A stretch of 64,000 bases of DNA from Pseudomonadota bacterium (GTDB lineage: Bacteria > Pseudomonadota > Alphaproteobacteria > SHVP01), in the NCBI GenBank assembly GCA_027622715.1, contig JAQBYN010000017.1, positions 577 through 64,576 on the forward strand, written 5' to 3'. Numbering within the stretch: position 1 is the stretch's first letter; every line of letters starts with the position of its first letter. Under the pieces are notes generated by a model. The model had not been told where the DNA came from and made no database searches. It saw nothing but the letters and a program-made list of their open reading frames with translations. A program made the translations under genes and the position numbers. Positions 34,014 through 43,379 of this stretch are shown one piece after another.

Positions 34014-34776
34014 ACTGGGGTTTGCGCTTGGCGCGAAAGGCCCGCTCGCCTTCCCGACCCTCGGGCGAATCGTAGTACAGACGCACCGCGATGTTGCCGA
34101 GATTGGAGAGGCCGCGAATCGATTCGGTCTCAGCGTTGAACGCACGCTTGCCCAGGGCGATCGCGGTCGGGCTCATTTGCAAGATTTCGTCGCACCAGCG
34201 CCGCACTTCGCCATCAAGCCGCGCGTCGGGCACGACGGCGTTCACCAGCCCCATCTCCATGGCCTCGTGCGCTGTGTAGCGGCGACACAAGAACCAGATT
34301 TCTTTAGCCTTCTTTTGACCGACATGGCGCGCCAACAAGTTGGTGCCGAACCCGGGATCGACCGAGCCCATTTTTGGACCGGCTTGGCCGAATACCGCGC
34401 TCTCGCCGGCAACCGTCAGGTCGCAAATCGTCGCCAGCACGTTACCGCCGCCGATGCACCAGCCGCGCACTTTGGCGATCACCGGCTTGGGCGCATCGCG
34501 CATGATCGAGTGCAGTTCCTCAATCGGTAAACCAATGGTGCCGCGACCATCGTAGACGCCGTCATGCGCGCCCTGGTCGCCGCCGGAGGAGAACGCTTTC
34601 TTTCCCGCGCCCGTCAGGACGATCACACCGATATCGTCGTTCCACGCGGCTTTATTGAAGGCGTCGACAAGTTCTTCGCAGGTTTGCCCGCGAAACGCAT
34701 TGTGCACTTCGGGACGGTTGATGGTGATTGTCGCGACGCTATCGCGCACCGTGTACTTGATGTCTTTGAACGCCAC
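33979..34776 (-). CDS. badI: 2-ketocyclohexanecarboxyl-CoA hydrolase (crotonase family)
   Basis: NAFRG.TC.EL, GGDQ..HDG.YDGRGT.GLP.EELH..RD.PKPVIA, GPKMGSVDPG.GT and LYYD..E..EG match BadI as I recall it. Confidence 0.85.
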   Translation of the reverse strand: MAFKDIKYTVRDSVATITINRPEVHNAFRGQTCEELVDAFNKAAWNDDIGVIVLTGAGKKAFSSGGDQGAHDGVYDGRGTIGLPIEELHSIMRDAPKPVIAKVRGWCIGGGNVLATICDLTVAGESAVFGQAGPKMGSVDPGFGTNLLARHVGQKKAKEIWFLCRRYTAHEAMEMGLVNAVVPDARLDGEVRRWCDEILQMSPTAIALGKRAFNAETESIRGLSNLGNIAVRLYYDSPEGREGERAFRAKRKPQFRKAAAAKKKR

Positions 34777-34777
34777 G

Positions 34778-36337
34778 TCAGGTTTGTCCTTGCCAGTAGG
34801 GTTTGCGCAGATCGGCCTTCATGACCTTGCCCGCTGGGTTGCGCGGCAATTCGTCACGAATTTCTATTGATGCAATGCGCTGGTGCTTGCCGAGTCGTTC
34901 GTTGGCCCAGGTCCGCATCGCGTCCAAGTCAGGTGCCGCGTCCGAGGTCGGCACGATCAACGCCAGCGGGGTTTCGCCCCAGCGTTCGTGCGGAATACCG
35001 ATGACACACAAATCGTAAACGTCGGGATGGGCGCCCAGAACGCGCTCGATATCGGCCGGGAACACGTTGTAACCGCCCGACACGATCATGTCCTTCTTGC
35101 GGTCGAGCAGAAAGAGAAAGCCGTCCTCGTCGAGCCGCCCGATATCGCCCGAGCGTAGAAAGGTTCGCCCACTGCCGGGCTCACGCCAGATCGCGGCTTC
35201 GGTCTGTTCGGGGCTGTTGTGATACCCCTTCATCAGGATCGGACTGTGACCAACGATTTCGCCAGCTTCGCCTTGCGGCAATTCCTTGCCGGCATGGTCG
35301 ATGATGCGGATATCATTGCCCAACATCGCGCGCCCCACCGACACGATTTTTGCCGGCAAATCCTCCGGCCGCACGATTGTCGCGAAGCCTTCGGTCAGTC
35401 CATAGACCTCGTAGTAGCCGCACGGGAATGCGTCCAACATGCGGCGCTTGATACCCTCGCGCATGTGCGAGCCGACAGTTGCGAGCGTCTTTAACGACGA
35501 GAGGTCGCGCGTCTGCGCCGCGGGCGAATCAAGAATTACCTGATATTGGGCCGGCACCATAACCGTCGCCGAGCCGTGCCAGCGCTCGACCAAGCGGCAC
35601 CATTCTTCGGCCTCGAACTTCGGCATGATGACCGTGCTGGCGCCAAACAGGAACGCGCACAACAGCAGTGTCCACGCGGTATTCGAGTGCAACGCCGTTG
35701 TGACGATAAAGACCGAATCGGTGTTGAAGTGCTGTTCCGAACTCATCAGATAGGCGTGATTGAGACGGCAATAGTGCGTCAACACGATCCCCTTGGGGAC
35801 GCCCGTCGTGCCCGACGAATAAATCAGACAGGCATCGTCATCGGGCTCAATTCGGATTTGGGGCGCGTCTTCGCGCGCAGCCGCAAACCAATCGTCGAAC
35901 GTCCGCCAACCCGGCCCCGCACCACCGATGGCAATAAACGCGGCGGCATCGACGGTCAGTTCGGCGCGGATACTGTCGATGCGCTCCAGATAGGCATCGC
36001 TCACGATCAATACCTTGGCGCCGCAATCGGCAATCATCGTGGCTAGGCTGTCTGCGGTCACGATTGTCGGCAGCGACGCCACCGCAGCCCCCGCTTTCAG
36101 CGTGCCGAAATAAGCGCATACCGCATCGCTGCTGTTGTCGGCAAGAATGCCAACCTTGTCGCCGCGCCCGACGCCCAGCGCGGCCAGCGCATGGGCGATG
36201 CGATTTTGGCGCCGCTCAAAGGCCCCCCAGCTGAGCACGACGTCATTGCAGATCAGTGCAGGTTTCTCGGGATGGCGCCGCGCGTGCAGCGCCATGTGCT
36301 CGGGGATCAAAATGGCGGGGATGTCGAATCTGGTCAT
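34778..36337 (-). CDS. Class I adenylate-forming enzyme (acyl-CoA ligase)
   Basis: Motifs YSSGTTG.PKG, YGLTE, SGDIG, DRKKDMIVSGG.NV.P and PRN..GK. Start re-assigned to ATG 36337. Confidence 0.93.
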   Translation of the reverse strand: MTRFDIPAILIPEHMALHARRHPEKPALICNDVVLSWGAFERRQNRIAHALAALGVGRGDKVGILADNSSDAVCAYFGTLKAGAAVASLPTIVTADSLATMIADCGAKVLIVSDAYLERIDSIRAELTVDAAAFIAIGGAGPGWRTFDDWFAAAREDAPQIRIEPDDDACLIYSSGTTGVPKGIVLTHYCRLNHAYLMSSEQHFNTDSVFIVTTALHSNTAWTLLLCAFLFGASTVIMPKFEAEEWCRLVERWHGSATVMVPAQYQVILDSPAAQTRDLSSLKTLATVGSHMREGIKRRMLDAFPCGYYEVYGLTEGFATIVRPEDLPAKIVSVGRAMLGNDIRIIDHAGKELPQGEAGEIVGHSPILMKGYHNSPEQTEAAIWREPGSGRTFLRSGDIGRLDEDGFLFLLDRKKDMIVSGGYNVFPADIERVLGAHPDVYDLCVIGIPHERWGETPLALIVPTSDAAPDLDAMRTWANERLGKHQRIASIEIRDELPRNPAGKVMKADLRKPYWQGQT

Positions 36338-36434
36338 GGCCGCTGCAGTCTCGCGGCGCAGGCGGTGTCGCGCAAGTCCATCGCTTGCGGCCAACTCGCG
36401 ACAGCGCCACACTGCGCACGCAGAGGGGAAACAA

Positions 36435-37592
36435 ATGGCGCAAACCAAACATGCCATGTTGGTCAACGCGGACCACGATGAGGCGGCGCGCCAGCATTTC
36501 GCCGTGGGGCTGAAGTCCCACCTCTCGGCCCACGTCGCATCTGGGACAAAATCGGCCTATGAGGCGCGGGTCAAGCCAGCTTACCGCCGCGCCAAAGGCC
36601 GGGTGCCGACGACGCGCCATGAGGTACGACGGGCCCTCGCACACGACCCGTACTACCAAGCAGCCAGCGCGCTCAAGCGCACCGCGCAGGAAATCATGTG
36701 GGACGCGGTCGGCGCGCCGGTGGAGCGCGAGTGGGAAGACCTAAAGGCCCGCGCGCAAACCTGCAGCGCTCAACTCGGCTCATTGAGGCTCGATCCGGCC
36801 CTCAAAATTCCCCGCTATCACGCGGCCGTCGATATTCACTGCATGCCGGGCGGCTACCACAGCGAAATCGGCGCGGACGACCTGTACGCCGGCGCGCTCT
36901 ACGACCGAGGCATTTATTTGTTCTCGATGGGGCTGCGCGGCGATCTCAACGACGATTTCGGCCACAGCCTGGTGGCGTGGGTTCGCAGCCGATATCCGAG
37001 TCTATCGCCAAAACGCATCCTCGACTTGGGTTGTTCCGTCGGGCACGGCACCTTGCCCTGGGCTGACGCCTTCCCCGACGCTGAGGTCCATGCCTTCGAT
37101 GTCGGGGCGCCCATGCTGCGCTACGCCCATGCGCGGGCCGGTGCGCTCGGCAAGTCCGTGCACTTCTCGCAACAGAATGCCGAGGCGACGGATTTTCCGG
37201 ACGGTCACTTCGACCTCATTGTGTCGCAGATCATCATTCACGAGACCTCGCGCCGCGCCCTGCCCCGCATCTTGCGTGAGTGCCACCGCCTTCTGAAACC
37301 CGGCGGGTTGATGGTGCACATGGACGGGATCGATTGGCGTGGTCTCGATCCCTACGACGCCTTCGTTCCCGACTGGGACACCTACTTCAACAACGAGCCC
37401 TTCATCGGCCCGATGCACGACCTAGATCTGCCGCAACTCGCCGCAGACGTCGGTTTCTCGCGAGACAAAATCATCTTCGCGACCGCGACCAGCGCGCGCC
37501 GAGAACACGAAAACCGCGACCGCAGCGAGCTCACATCCGGCGACTTCGGCAACGTGGGCGCGTTCATGGTGTTCGGCGGCATTAAGGACTGA
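36435..37592 (+). CDS. Class I SAM-dependent methyltransferase with long N-terminal extension
   Basis: Motifs RILDLGCSVG, DVGAPMLRYA, FDLIVS and LKPGG. RBS GAGGGG before ATG 36435. Paralog of 58938-60086. Confidence 0.9.
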   Translation: MAQTKHAMLVNADHDEAARQHFAVGLKSHLSAHVASGTKSAYEARVKPAYRRAKGRVPTTRHEVRRALAHDPYYQAASALKRTAQEIMWDAVGAPVEREWEDLKARAQTCSAQLGSLRLDPALKIPRYHAAVDIHCMPGGYHSEIGADDLYAGALYDRGIYLFSMGLRGDLNDDFGHSLVAWVRSRYPSLSPKRILDLGCSVGHGTLPWADAFPDAEVHAFDVGAPMLRYAHARAGALGKSVHFSQQNAEATDFPDGHFDLIVSQIIIHETSRRALPRILRECHRLLKPGGLMVHMDGIDWRGLDPYDAFVPDWDTYFNNEPFIGPMHDLDLPQLAADVGFSRDKIIFATATSARREHENRDRSELTSGDFGNVGAFMVFGGIKD

Positions 37593-37635
37593 TTAGAAAA
37601 TGGGCACGACGTTCGTGGTGCCTATTTTTCGTGCA
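37590..37635 (+). promoter_or_regulatory. Two NtrC-binding-site-like motifs upstream of amtB
   Basis: TGATT-N7-GGGCA (37590-606) and TGCCT-N7-GTGCA (37619-635), compared with consensus TGCAC-N7-GTGCA. Confidence 0.6.
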
Positions 37636-37691
37636 ATCATTTGGTGAGATTGATCGCCAAGTAGCTGCCTCCGCCGACAATATCCCTTTAT

Positions 37692-37737
37692 TTTCAATTA
37701 CTTAAAGAACCGGGCAAGTCTTGGCACGACTCTTGGG
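37692..37737 (+). promoter_or_regulatory. IHF-like site and sigma54-type -24/-12 promoter with variant -12
   Basis: TTTCAATTACTTA resembles WATCAANNNNTTR. TGGCACGACTCTTGG has a perfect -24, but its -12 reads TTGG instead of TTGC. Confidence 0.55.
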
Positions 37738-37779
37738 TAGTACCGCCTGACGGCATCCAACAAAGGCGAGTCAGGCCCC

Positions 37780-39087
37780 ATGCGCAAATACCTCGGCATC
37801 AGCGTTATTTCCCTTTTCTGCGTCGCCGCGGCCCCAGCACTCGCGCAGGAGGTCAGCGAAACCGCCTACATCTTCAACTCGCTGTCCTTCTTGATGAACG
37901 GGTTCTTGGTCATGTGGATGGCGGCGGGCTTCGCGATGCTCGAAAGCGGCTTGGTGCGAAGCAAGAATGTCGCGACGATCTGCCTCAAGAACATCGCGCT
38001 CTTCGCCATCGCCGGGATCATGTATTACCTGGTCGGCTACGACCTGATGTACACCGGCGTCGACGGTGGGTTCATGGGCTCGTTCTCGTGGTGGGGCGCC
38101 GACGACAGCGCCGCGTTGGCTGGCGATTTCTCCGGCAATTACGCCGCCTCCGCCGACTGGTTCTTCCAGATGGTCTTCGTCGCCACGGCAGCATCCATCG
38201 TGTCGGGCGCGGTCGCCGAGCGCAGCAAGCTGTGGTCGTTCCTGGCCTTCACCGTCGTGCTGACGGCGATCATCTACCCGATCGCCGGTTCATGGCAGTG
38301 GGGCGGCGGTTGGCTGAGCGAGATGGGCTTCGCCGACTTTGCGGGCTCGACGCTGGTGCATTCGGTGGGCGGCTGGGCGGCGCTAACCGGCTGTCTGATT
38401 ATTGGCGCGCGCAAGGGTAAGTTCGGCGCGGGCGGCAAGGTCACGCCGATGCCGGGTTCGTCGTTGCCGCTGGCGACGCTCGGCACGTTTATTCTGTGGC
38501 TCGGCTGGTTCGGCTTCAATGGTGGCAGCCAACTCGCCATGGGTTCGGCGGCCGATGTGATTGCGATTGCCAACATCTACGTCAACACCAACATGGCGGC
38601 CGCGGGCGGTGTGGTTGCCGCGATGATTTTGGCGCAACTTCTCTACAAGAAGGTCGACCTAACCCTGGTGCTCAACGGCGCCATCGCCGGTTTGGTTTCG
38701 ATCACCGCCGGCCCTGACACACCGACGATCCTCGAGGCGATTTTAATCGGCGGCGTCGGCGGTATCCTCGCGGTCCTCGCCATCCCGCTGTTCGACCGGT
38801 TCAAGGTCGACGACGTGGTCGGCGCGATATCGGCGCACTTGGTCGCCGGGATTTGGGGCACCATCGCGGTGCCGCTAACGAATGGCGACGCGCAGTTCGG
38901 CGTACAGCTGCTGGGCGTTGTATCAATCGGCGCGTTCACCGTGATCGCCAGTTCCATCGTCTGGTTGGCGATTAGATACACGGTCGGCATCCGCGCCCAC
39001 GAAGAGGACGAAGCGCTGGGTCTCGACCGCTCCGAACTTGGGCTCGAGGCCTATCCTGAATTTGCGTCCGGTTCGCGCTCGATATAG
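37780..39087 (+). CDS. amtB: Ammonium transporter
   Basis: Motifs M.AGFAMLESGLVRSKN, FFQMVF, GAVAER, DFAGST.VH..GG, LWLGWFGFNGGS and DDVVGA...H. Both pore His residues are present. Confidence 0.96.
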   Translation: MRKYLGISVISLFCVAAAPALAQEVSETAYIFNSLSFLMNGFLVMWMAAGFAMLESGLVRSKNVATICLKNIALFAIAGIMYYLVGYDLMYTGVDGGFMGSFSWWGADDSAALAGDFSGNYAASADWFFQMVFVATAASIVSGAVAERSKLWSFLAFTVVLTAIIYPIAGSWQWGGGWLSEMGFADFAGSTLVHSVGGWAALTGCLIIGARKGKFGAGGKVTPMPGSSLPLATLGTFILWLGWFGFNGGSQLAMGSAADVIAIANIYVNTNMAAAGGVVAAMILAQLLYKKVDLTLVLNGAIAGLVSITAGPDTPTILEAILIGGVGGILAVLAIPLFDRFKVDDVVGAISAHLVAGIWGTIAVPLTNGDAQFGVQLLGVVSIGAFTVIASSIVWLAIRYTVGIRAHEEDEALGLDRSELGLEAYPEFASGSRSI

Positions 39088-39352
39088 CGCCCGGTCTCAA
39101 CGCCCTCGGCGCGGGCATCGTTGCGAAAGCAGAGCCGTTCTCCCTCTTCGGACTGTTTCTAATCGGTGCCCACTTCGAACCAGACCGGCGCGTGCATTGC
39201 AGAAGGGTATTTGTGCGCCGCAATATTTGGCGCAGATGGTCGTGCAACAGCCAAGGATTCCGGCGGCCACCGCCCGGCATGTTTTCATTAGGGTGTCGCT
39301 GCGACTAACATCGTCCGTGGAGAGGCAGGAAGCTTCTCAGGGAGGACGATAA

Positions 39353-40885
39353 ATGAAAAAACTCATCGCAAGCGCGGGTGCAGCGGTCATTGCCGCAACA
39401 GTCGCATTTGGTGCCGCGCCGGTCGCGCAGGCCCAAGAAAAAGTTCTGCGCGTTGCCCACTTCGGCTTCAATCCGCAAAAAGGCCGTTTTGAAATGGCGT
39501 TCGGCGCGCAGTCGACACTGCCGTTGATGGCCTTCGCCGACAGCATGACTTTTCTGAACAAGGATGGTTCGGTTGATCCAGGCCTTGCCACGTCTTGGGA
39601 GGCAAAGGACCAATCAACTTGGGTCTTTAAGATTCGTGAAGGCGTGAAGTTCCACAATGGCGCGCCGATGACCGCCGATCAGGTCGTCAAGAACGTTGAG
39701 TTCCTTATTAGCGACGAGGCCGGCAAGACGAGCATATCATCTCGCTTCCTCGGCCTCGCCAGCGCCAAGAAGATCGACGAGCGCACCGTCGAGATCACCA
39801 CTACGACTCCGAACCCGATTCTCGACCGTTGGTTCGCCCTCTTCCGGATAATGGATGCCGATTACCAAAAAGACGTTGGGATTGAAGGTTTCACGATCAA
39901 ACCGATCGGCACCGGGCCCTTTAAAGTCACGAGTTGGTCCGGCGAAACCATGGAGGCCGAGAAATTTGCCGACGCATGGCGCCCGGCCAAAATTGACCGG
40001 CTCCGCATTGACTCGCTGACCGAAGTTGCCGCGCGCGTCAGCGCGCTGCAGTCCGGGCAGGTGGATATCGCCTGGGTGTTGAGCCCCGACGATATTCCCC
40101 GCCTTGACGCCTCCGGCCATAAGGTCAACATCACCCAAATTTTCGATGTCGTCTCGTTCAAGTTCAACACCATCCCCGAACGCACGACTGCCGACAACAC
40201 ACCGATCCTCGACCGACGCGTCCGGCGGGCGATCAACTTCGCCATCAACCGTGACCAATATGTGAAGGAAGTCTTGGGTGGACTAACAGTCGCGGCGGGC
40301 CAGTCGGGTGCAAGCACGGTTGCGGGACATCAAAAGGACATCAAACCCTATCCGTACGATCCGGCGCAGGCCAAGAAACTCTTGGCCGAAGCCGGTTTCG
40401 GCGGTGGTCTCAATCTGATCATGGAATTGATTCCGACCTCGACCGATTACACCAACACGTCGCAATTCATCGCTGACAACTTGCGCCAGGTCGGCATCAA
40501 CCTGGAACTCCGGCAGATTGCGCTTGCCGATTTGCTGGGCAAGCTGCGGGGGCAAAAGCCTTGGGATGGCCACATGTGGATGGGGCTCGTTGAGTCCTTC
40601 CCAACCGGCGACGTTATGCGTCCCTTCGCCACCGACTCGTGCAGCTTTTTCGGGGCGTTTATCTGCGACAAATCGATCCAACCGACGATCGACGCGGCGA
40701 ACTCAGAGTTCGATAAGTCCAAACGCGCCGAACTTGTCCGTAAAGTTGTGCAGCACTATCACGATGAGGCGTTGATCTCGTACATGTACGAACGGTCTGT
40801 CATCGACGGCCTTTCGCCGAAGGTGAAGAACTACAAGCTGTTCAATCGTGCGATCAACTGGCACGAAATCGACCTCGAAGGCTGA
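39353..40885 (+). CDS. ABC substrate-binding protein, family 5 (DppA/OppA-like), orphan
   Basis: Signal peptide; PGLATSW, F.IREGVKFHNG, PIGTGPF, D.RVRRAINFAINR and YPYDP..AKKLLAEAG. Confidence 0.92.
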   Translation: MKKLIASAGAAVIAATVAFGAAPVAQAQEKVLRVAHFGFNPQKGRFEMAFGAQSTLPLMAFADSMTFLNKDGSVDPGLATSWEAKDQSTWVFKIREGVKFHNGAPMTADQVVKNVEFLISDEAGKTSISSRFLGLASAKKIDERTVEITTTTPNPILDRWFALFRIMDADYQKDVGIEGFTIKPIGTGPFKVTSWSGETMEAEKFADAWRPAKIDRLRIDSLTEVAARVSALQSGQVDIAWVLSPDDIPRLDASGHKVNITQIFDVVSFKFNTIPERTTADNTPILDRRVRRAINFAINRDQYVKEVLGGLTVAAGQSGASTVAGHQKDIKPYPYDPAQAKKLLAEAGFGGGLNLIMELIPTSTDYTNTSQFIADNLRQVGINLELRQIALADLLGKLRGQKPWDGHMWMGLVESFPTGDVMRPFATDSCSFFGAFICDKSIQPTIDAANSEFDKSKRAELVRKVVQHYHDEALISYMYERSVIDGLSPKVKNYKLFNRAINWHEIDLEG

Positions 40886-40891
40886 TTAGAT

Positions 40892-40925
40892 GCTCCCGGG
40901 GGCGCGGCTCCCGGGAGCCCTTCTC
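40892..40925. terminator. GC-rich hairpin between convergent genes
   Basis: GCTCCCGGGGGC-GCG-GCTCCCGGGAGC followed by CCTTCT. Confidence 0.6.
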
Positions 40926-41608
40926 TAGGACGGCCCCGAGCGGCGTTTTAGATAATCGCCGAGCGCGCGTCCGGGCAGGTCTTCAAACCGTTCGTCGCGG
41001 CGCGCGATCTGTTCCATTCGATCCAGGCGGAAATTGCGGAAGTCGTCGCGAGTTTCGCACCAGCCGACCACCGTCCAGGCATATCCCCAGTAGAACAGCC
41101 CGAGCGGGTGAATGATTCGCGCGGTCGTCTCGCCGTCGGCGCGGGTGTAGCGAAAGCTTACTTTGTAACGATCGTTCACCGCCCGGCGCACAACCGCCAA
41201 GTTCGCGGTCACCGCAGTGTCGGGCATGATCCGCGGCGCGAACAGCGCGCTTTCAACGATGTTGGCGCGCAGCGGTTCGGGCAGCACACCTTCGATCTTG
41301 GTCAGCGCGCTGTGCGCCGCCGAAGCTAAGTCGGGGTCGGCCCAACTCTGGACAATCCGCGATCCCAGGATGAGCGCTTCGATTTCCTCAGCGTTGAACA
41401 TCAGCGGCGGCAGATCGAATTTTCGATCCAGCGTATAGCCGACCCCGGCTTCGCCGGTGATTGGAACGCCGGTGACAATTAGATCGGCGACGTCGCGGTA
41501 GATCGTCCGTTCCGACACATCGAGCTCGCCCGCCAGCTGTGCTGCAGTCATGAAGCGGCGCGATCGCAACATTTGGATGATTTCGAAAAGGCGGTCGGCG
41601 CGACGCAT
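40925..41608 (-). CDS. YafY-family HTH-WYL transcriptional regulator
   Basis: Motifs MRRADRLFEIIQ.LR, VSERTIYRD, G.PI.GEAGVGY, LPPLMF and W.VVGWCE.R.DFRNFRLDR. Confidence 0.95.
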   Translation of the reverse strand: MRRADRLFEIIQMLRSRRFMTAAQLAGELDVSERTIYRDVADLIVTGVPITGEAGVGYTLDRKFDLPPLMFNAEEIEALILGSRIVQSWADPDLASAAHSALTKIEGVLPEPLRANIVESALFAPRIMPDTAVTANLAVVRRAVNDRYKVSFRYTRADGETTARIIHPLGLFYWGYAWTVVGWCETRDDFRNFRLDRMEQIARRDERFEDLPGRALGDYLKRRSGPS

Positions 41609-41693
41609 GCGAGCTCATCTGTTGCGGGCGCAGCGGACAGGCGCACCAGCGGGAATGCTAGTGCGCCTGTCTGGTCGCGTCGAATAGCGCAGG

Positions 41694-42059
41694 TTAGGCA
41701 CCGCTTCCGGCGCCTTCTCCTTGGTACAGCGCGACAGTGGCGCCGGCGGGGTCTTGCAGAACTACAAAACTGCCTACTGGAATATCGACCCTGGGTTGGA
41801 GAATTTTGGCGCCCAGCGATTCGGCCTTCTTGGCGGCGACATCCAGATCTTCGACCCATAGGTACGGCAACCAATGCGCTGGCCCACCGCTCGACGGAGC
41901 AATGCCAGCAAATGGCGCGGCGCCATTGGTAACTACGGTGTAGGTCGCGCCGCCCATTTCCGCGTCCGAGAAACTCCAGCCCATCAGGTCGCCGTAGAAC
42001 GACTTGGCTTTGTCCGGGCTACTGGGGTGTAGTTCCATATAGGCAAACGGGTTTGTCAT
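41694..42059 (-). CDS. VOC/glyoxalase family protein (tandem copy 2)
   Basis: Motifs NPF.YMELH....AKSFYGDL.GW.F, HWLPYL.V.DLD and DPAGATVAL.Q. Confidence 0.93.
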   Translation of the reverse strand: MTNPFAYMELHPSSPDKAKSFYGDLMGWSFSDAEMGGATYTVVTNGAAPFAGIAPSSGGPAHWLPYLWVEDLDVAAKKAESLGAKILQPRVDIPVGSFVVLQDPAGATVALYQGEGAGSGA

Positions 42060-42152
42060 CAGTGTGTCTCCGAATGTTGAGAGGTCGAATTGCGCGGGAA
42101 GGCACCGGTTTCTCCGAGGGCGGCACCGCCACCCCCGAAGGAACGCGGCGAG

Positions 42153-42503
42153 TCATCTCTTGGGCTGGAACAATGCGACCGTGGCGCCGGCCGGATCTTC
42201 AATGAAAACAAAGCTGCCGGCCGGGATATCGACCCGCGGCTGGACCACCTTAGCCCCGAGCTGCTCAGCCTTCTTGGTCGACGCGTCCAAATCCGCGACA
42301 CCGAGATACGGCAACCAATGGGGCGATCCACCATTGGCCGGCGCAATCCCGGCAAACGGCTCGGCGCCGTTATTGACCATGGTGTAGGCCGCGCCGCCCA
42401 TGTCCATCTCGGCAAACTTCCAGCCCAGCAAGTCGCCGTAAAACGATTTGGCCTTGTCGCTGCTGTTAGGGTGCAATTCCATATAAACGAACGGGTTTGT
42501 CAT
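42153..42503 (-). CDS. VOC/glyoxalase family protein (tandem copy 1)
   Basis: Nearly the same sequence as copy 2. Start re-assigned to ATG 42503 with RBS GGAG. Confidence 0.93.
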   Translation of the reverse strand: MTNPFVYMELHPNSSDKAKSFYGDLLGWKFAEMDMGGAAYTMVNNGAEPFAGIAPANGGSPHWLPYLGVADLDASTKKAEQLGAKVVQPRVDIPAGSFVFIEDPAGATVALFQPKR

Positions 42504-42558
42504 TGGGGTGTCTCCGTGTGGGGTTATTGCGTTGAAGCTTGGAGACCATAGCAACCCC

Positions 42559-42582
42559 CTCCTGACAGCATGGTGTCAGGAG
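42559..42582. promoter_or_regulatory. Perfect palindromic operator, probable WYL regulator site
   Basis: CTCCTGACA-GCATGG-TGTCAGGAG, just upstream of a minus-strand -10-like TATGGT (42550-45). Confidence 0.75.
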
Positions 42583-42613
42583 ACTTTCGTGAGCACGTTT
42601 TTTTTGTCGAGCG

Positions 42614-43294
42614 CTAGTCGATCCACTCAAGACCGAGGTCGTCCGCCAATCTGCGCCCGCCGCGCAAATCGAAGATCGTTTGCCTGGTCGCTTTGAGTGT
42701 TTCGATGTTGGCGTTGATGCGCGCCGACTCCGGGCCAACGGCAGCGATGAGGTCTGCAACATCGCCGCGCGGTATGACGCACACACCGTCCAACGTGCCG
42801 ACAATCACATCGCCCGGCTCAATCAAAACGCCGCCGCACGTCACCGCGACGTTGACCGACCCGCGCGCCTGTACGGGCGTGCTGCGCAGCGTTGCGCCGC
42901 GACAGAACACCGGCAGGCTTTGCTCGACGATCGAATCGGCATCAATGACAACGCCGTCGACCACCACGCCGGCACAACCAACGTTCGCCGCCGAAAGGGT
43001 CAACCCCCCACCCCATGCGAAGCCCGCGGTACTGCCACCGGCCGCAACCACGATGACATCGCCTGGCTGCGCCACACCGGTCGCGATCATGCCGAGCATT
43101 GGATCGGGCCCCACGGACGCGACCGTTACCGCTGGACCGACAACGCGAACATTGCGCAGCCCCAAGGGCTCTATCGCTGAGTCCATGAGCTGCGCCGTGG
43201 GCAGCGCCTTGACGATTTGGTCAAGCCGCAGCCCGTGCACCTGCGCCACCAGATCCCGCGGCGGACGGTTGATTGAGGCATAGACTTTGGGCAC
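42614..43294 (-). CDS. RraA/HMG aldolase-like protein
   Basis: Motifs GPAVTV, PGDVIVV, WGG, GVVVDG, PVFCRG and NV.V.CGGV.I.PGDVIVG..DGV.VIPR. RBS GGAGG before GTG 43294. Confidence 0.88.
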   Translation of the reverse strand: MPKVYASINRPPRDLVAQVHGLRLDQIVKALPTAQLMDSAIEPLGLRNVRVVGPAVTVASVGPDPMLGMIATGVAQPGDVIVVAAGGSTAGFAWGGGLTLSAANVGCAGVVVDGVVIDADSIVEQSLPVFCRGATLRSTPVQARGSVNVAVTCGGVLIEPGDVIVGTLDGVCVIPRGDVADLIAAVGPESARINANIETLKATRQTIFDLRGGRRLADDLGLEWID

Positions 43295-43379
43295 ATCTTC
43301 CTCCGAGTGATCGCCAAAAGAAAAGCTGCGGCGCCTTGCGACGCCGCAGCTGTAATGGACGTGCCGAGCATGTCTCGGT

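Noticed and set aside
33979-34776. menB (naphthoate synthase)
   Set aside because: The sequence follows BadI-specific segments (HDG.YDGRGT.GLP.EELH, VDPG.GT), and no other men genes are recognisable.
36135-36466. Overlapping N-terminal extensions of the CoA ligase and methyltransferase given by the ORF track
   Set aside because: Paralog alignment (methyltransferase), its RBS and removal of the overlap favour starts at 36337 and 36435. Other over-extended starts were trimmed in the same way.
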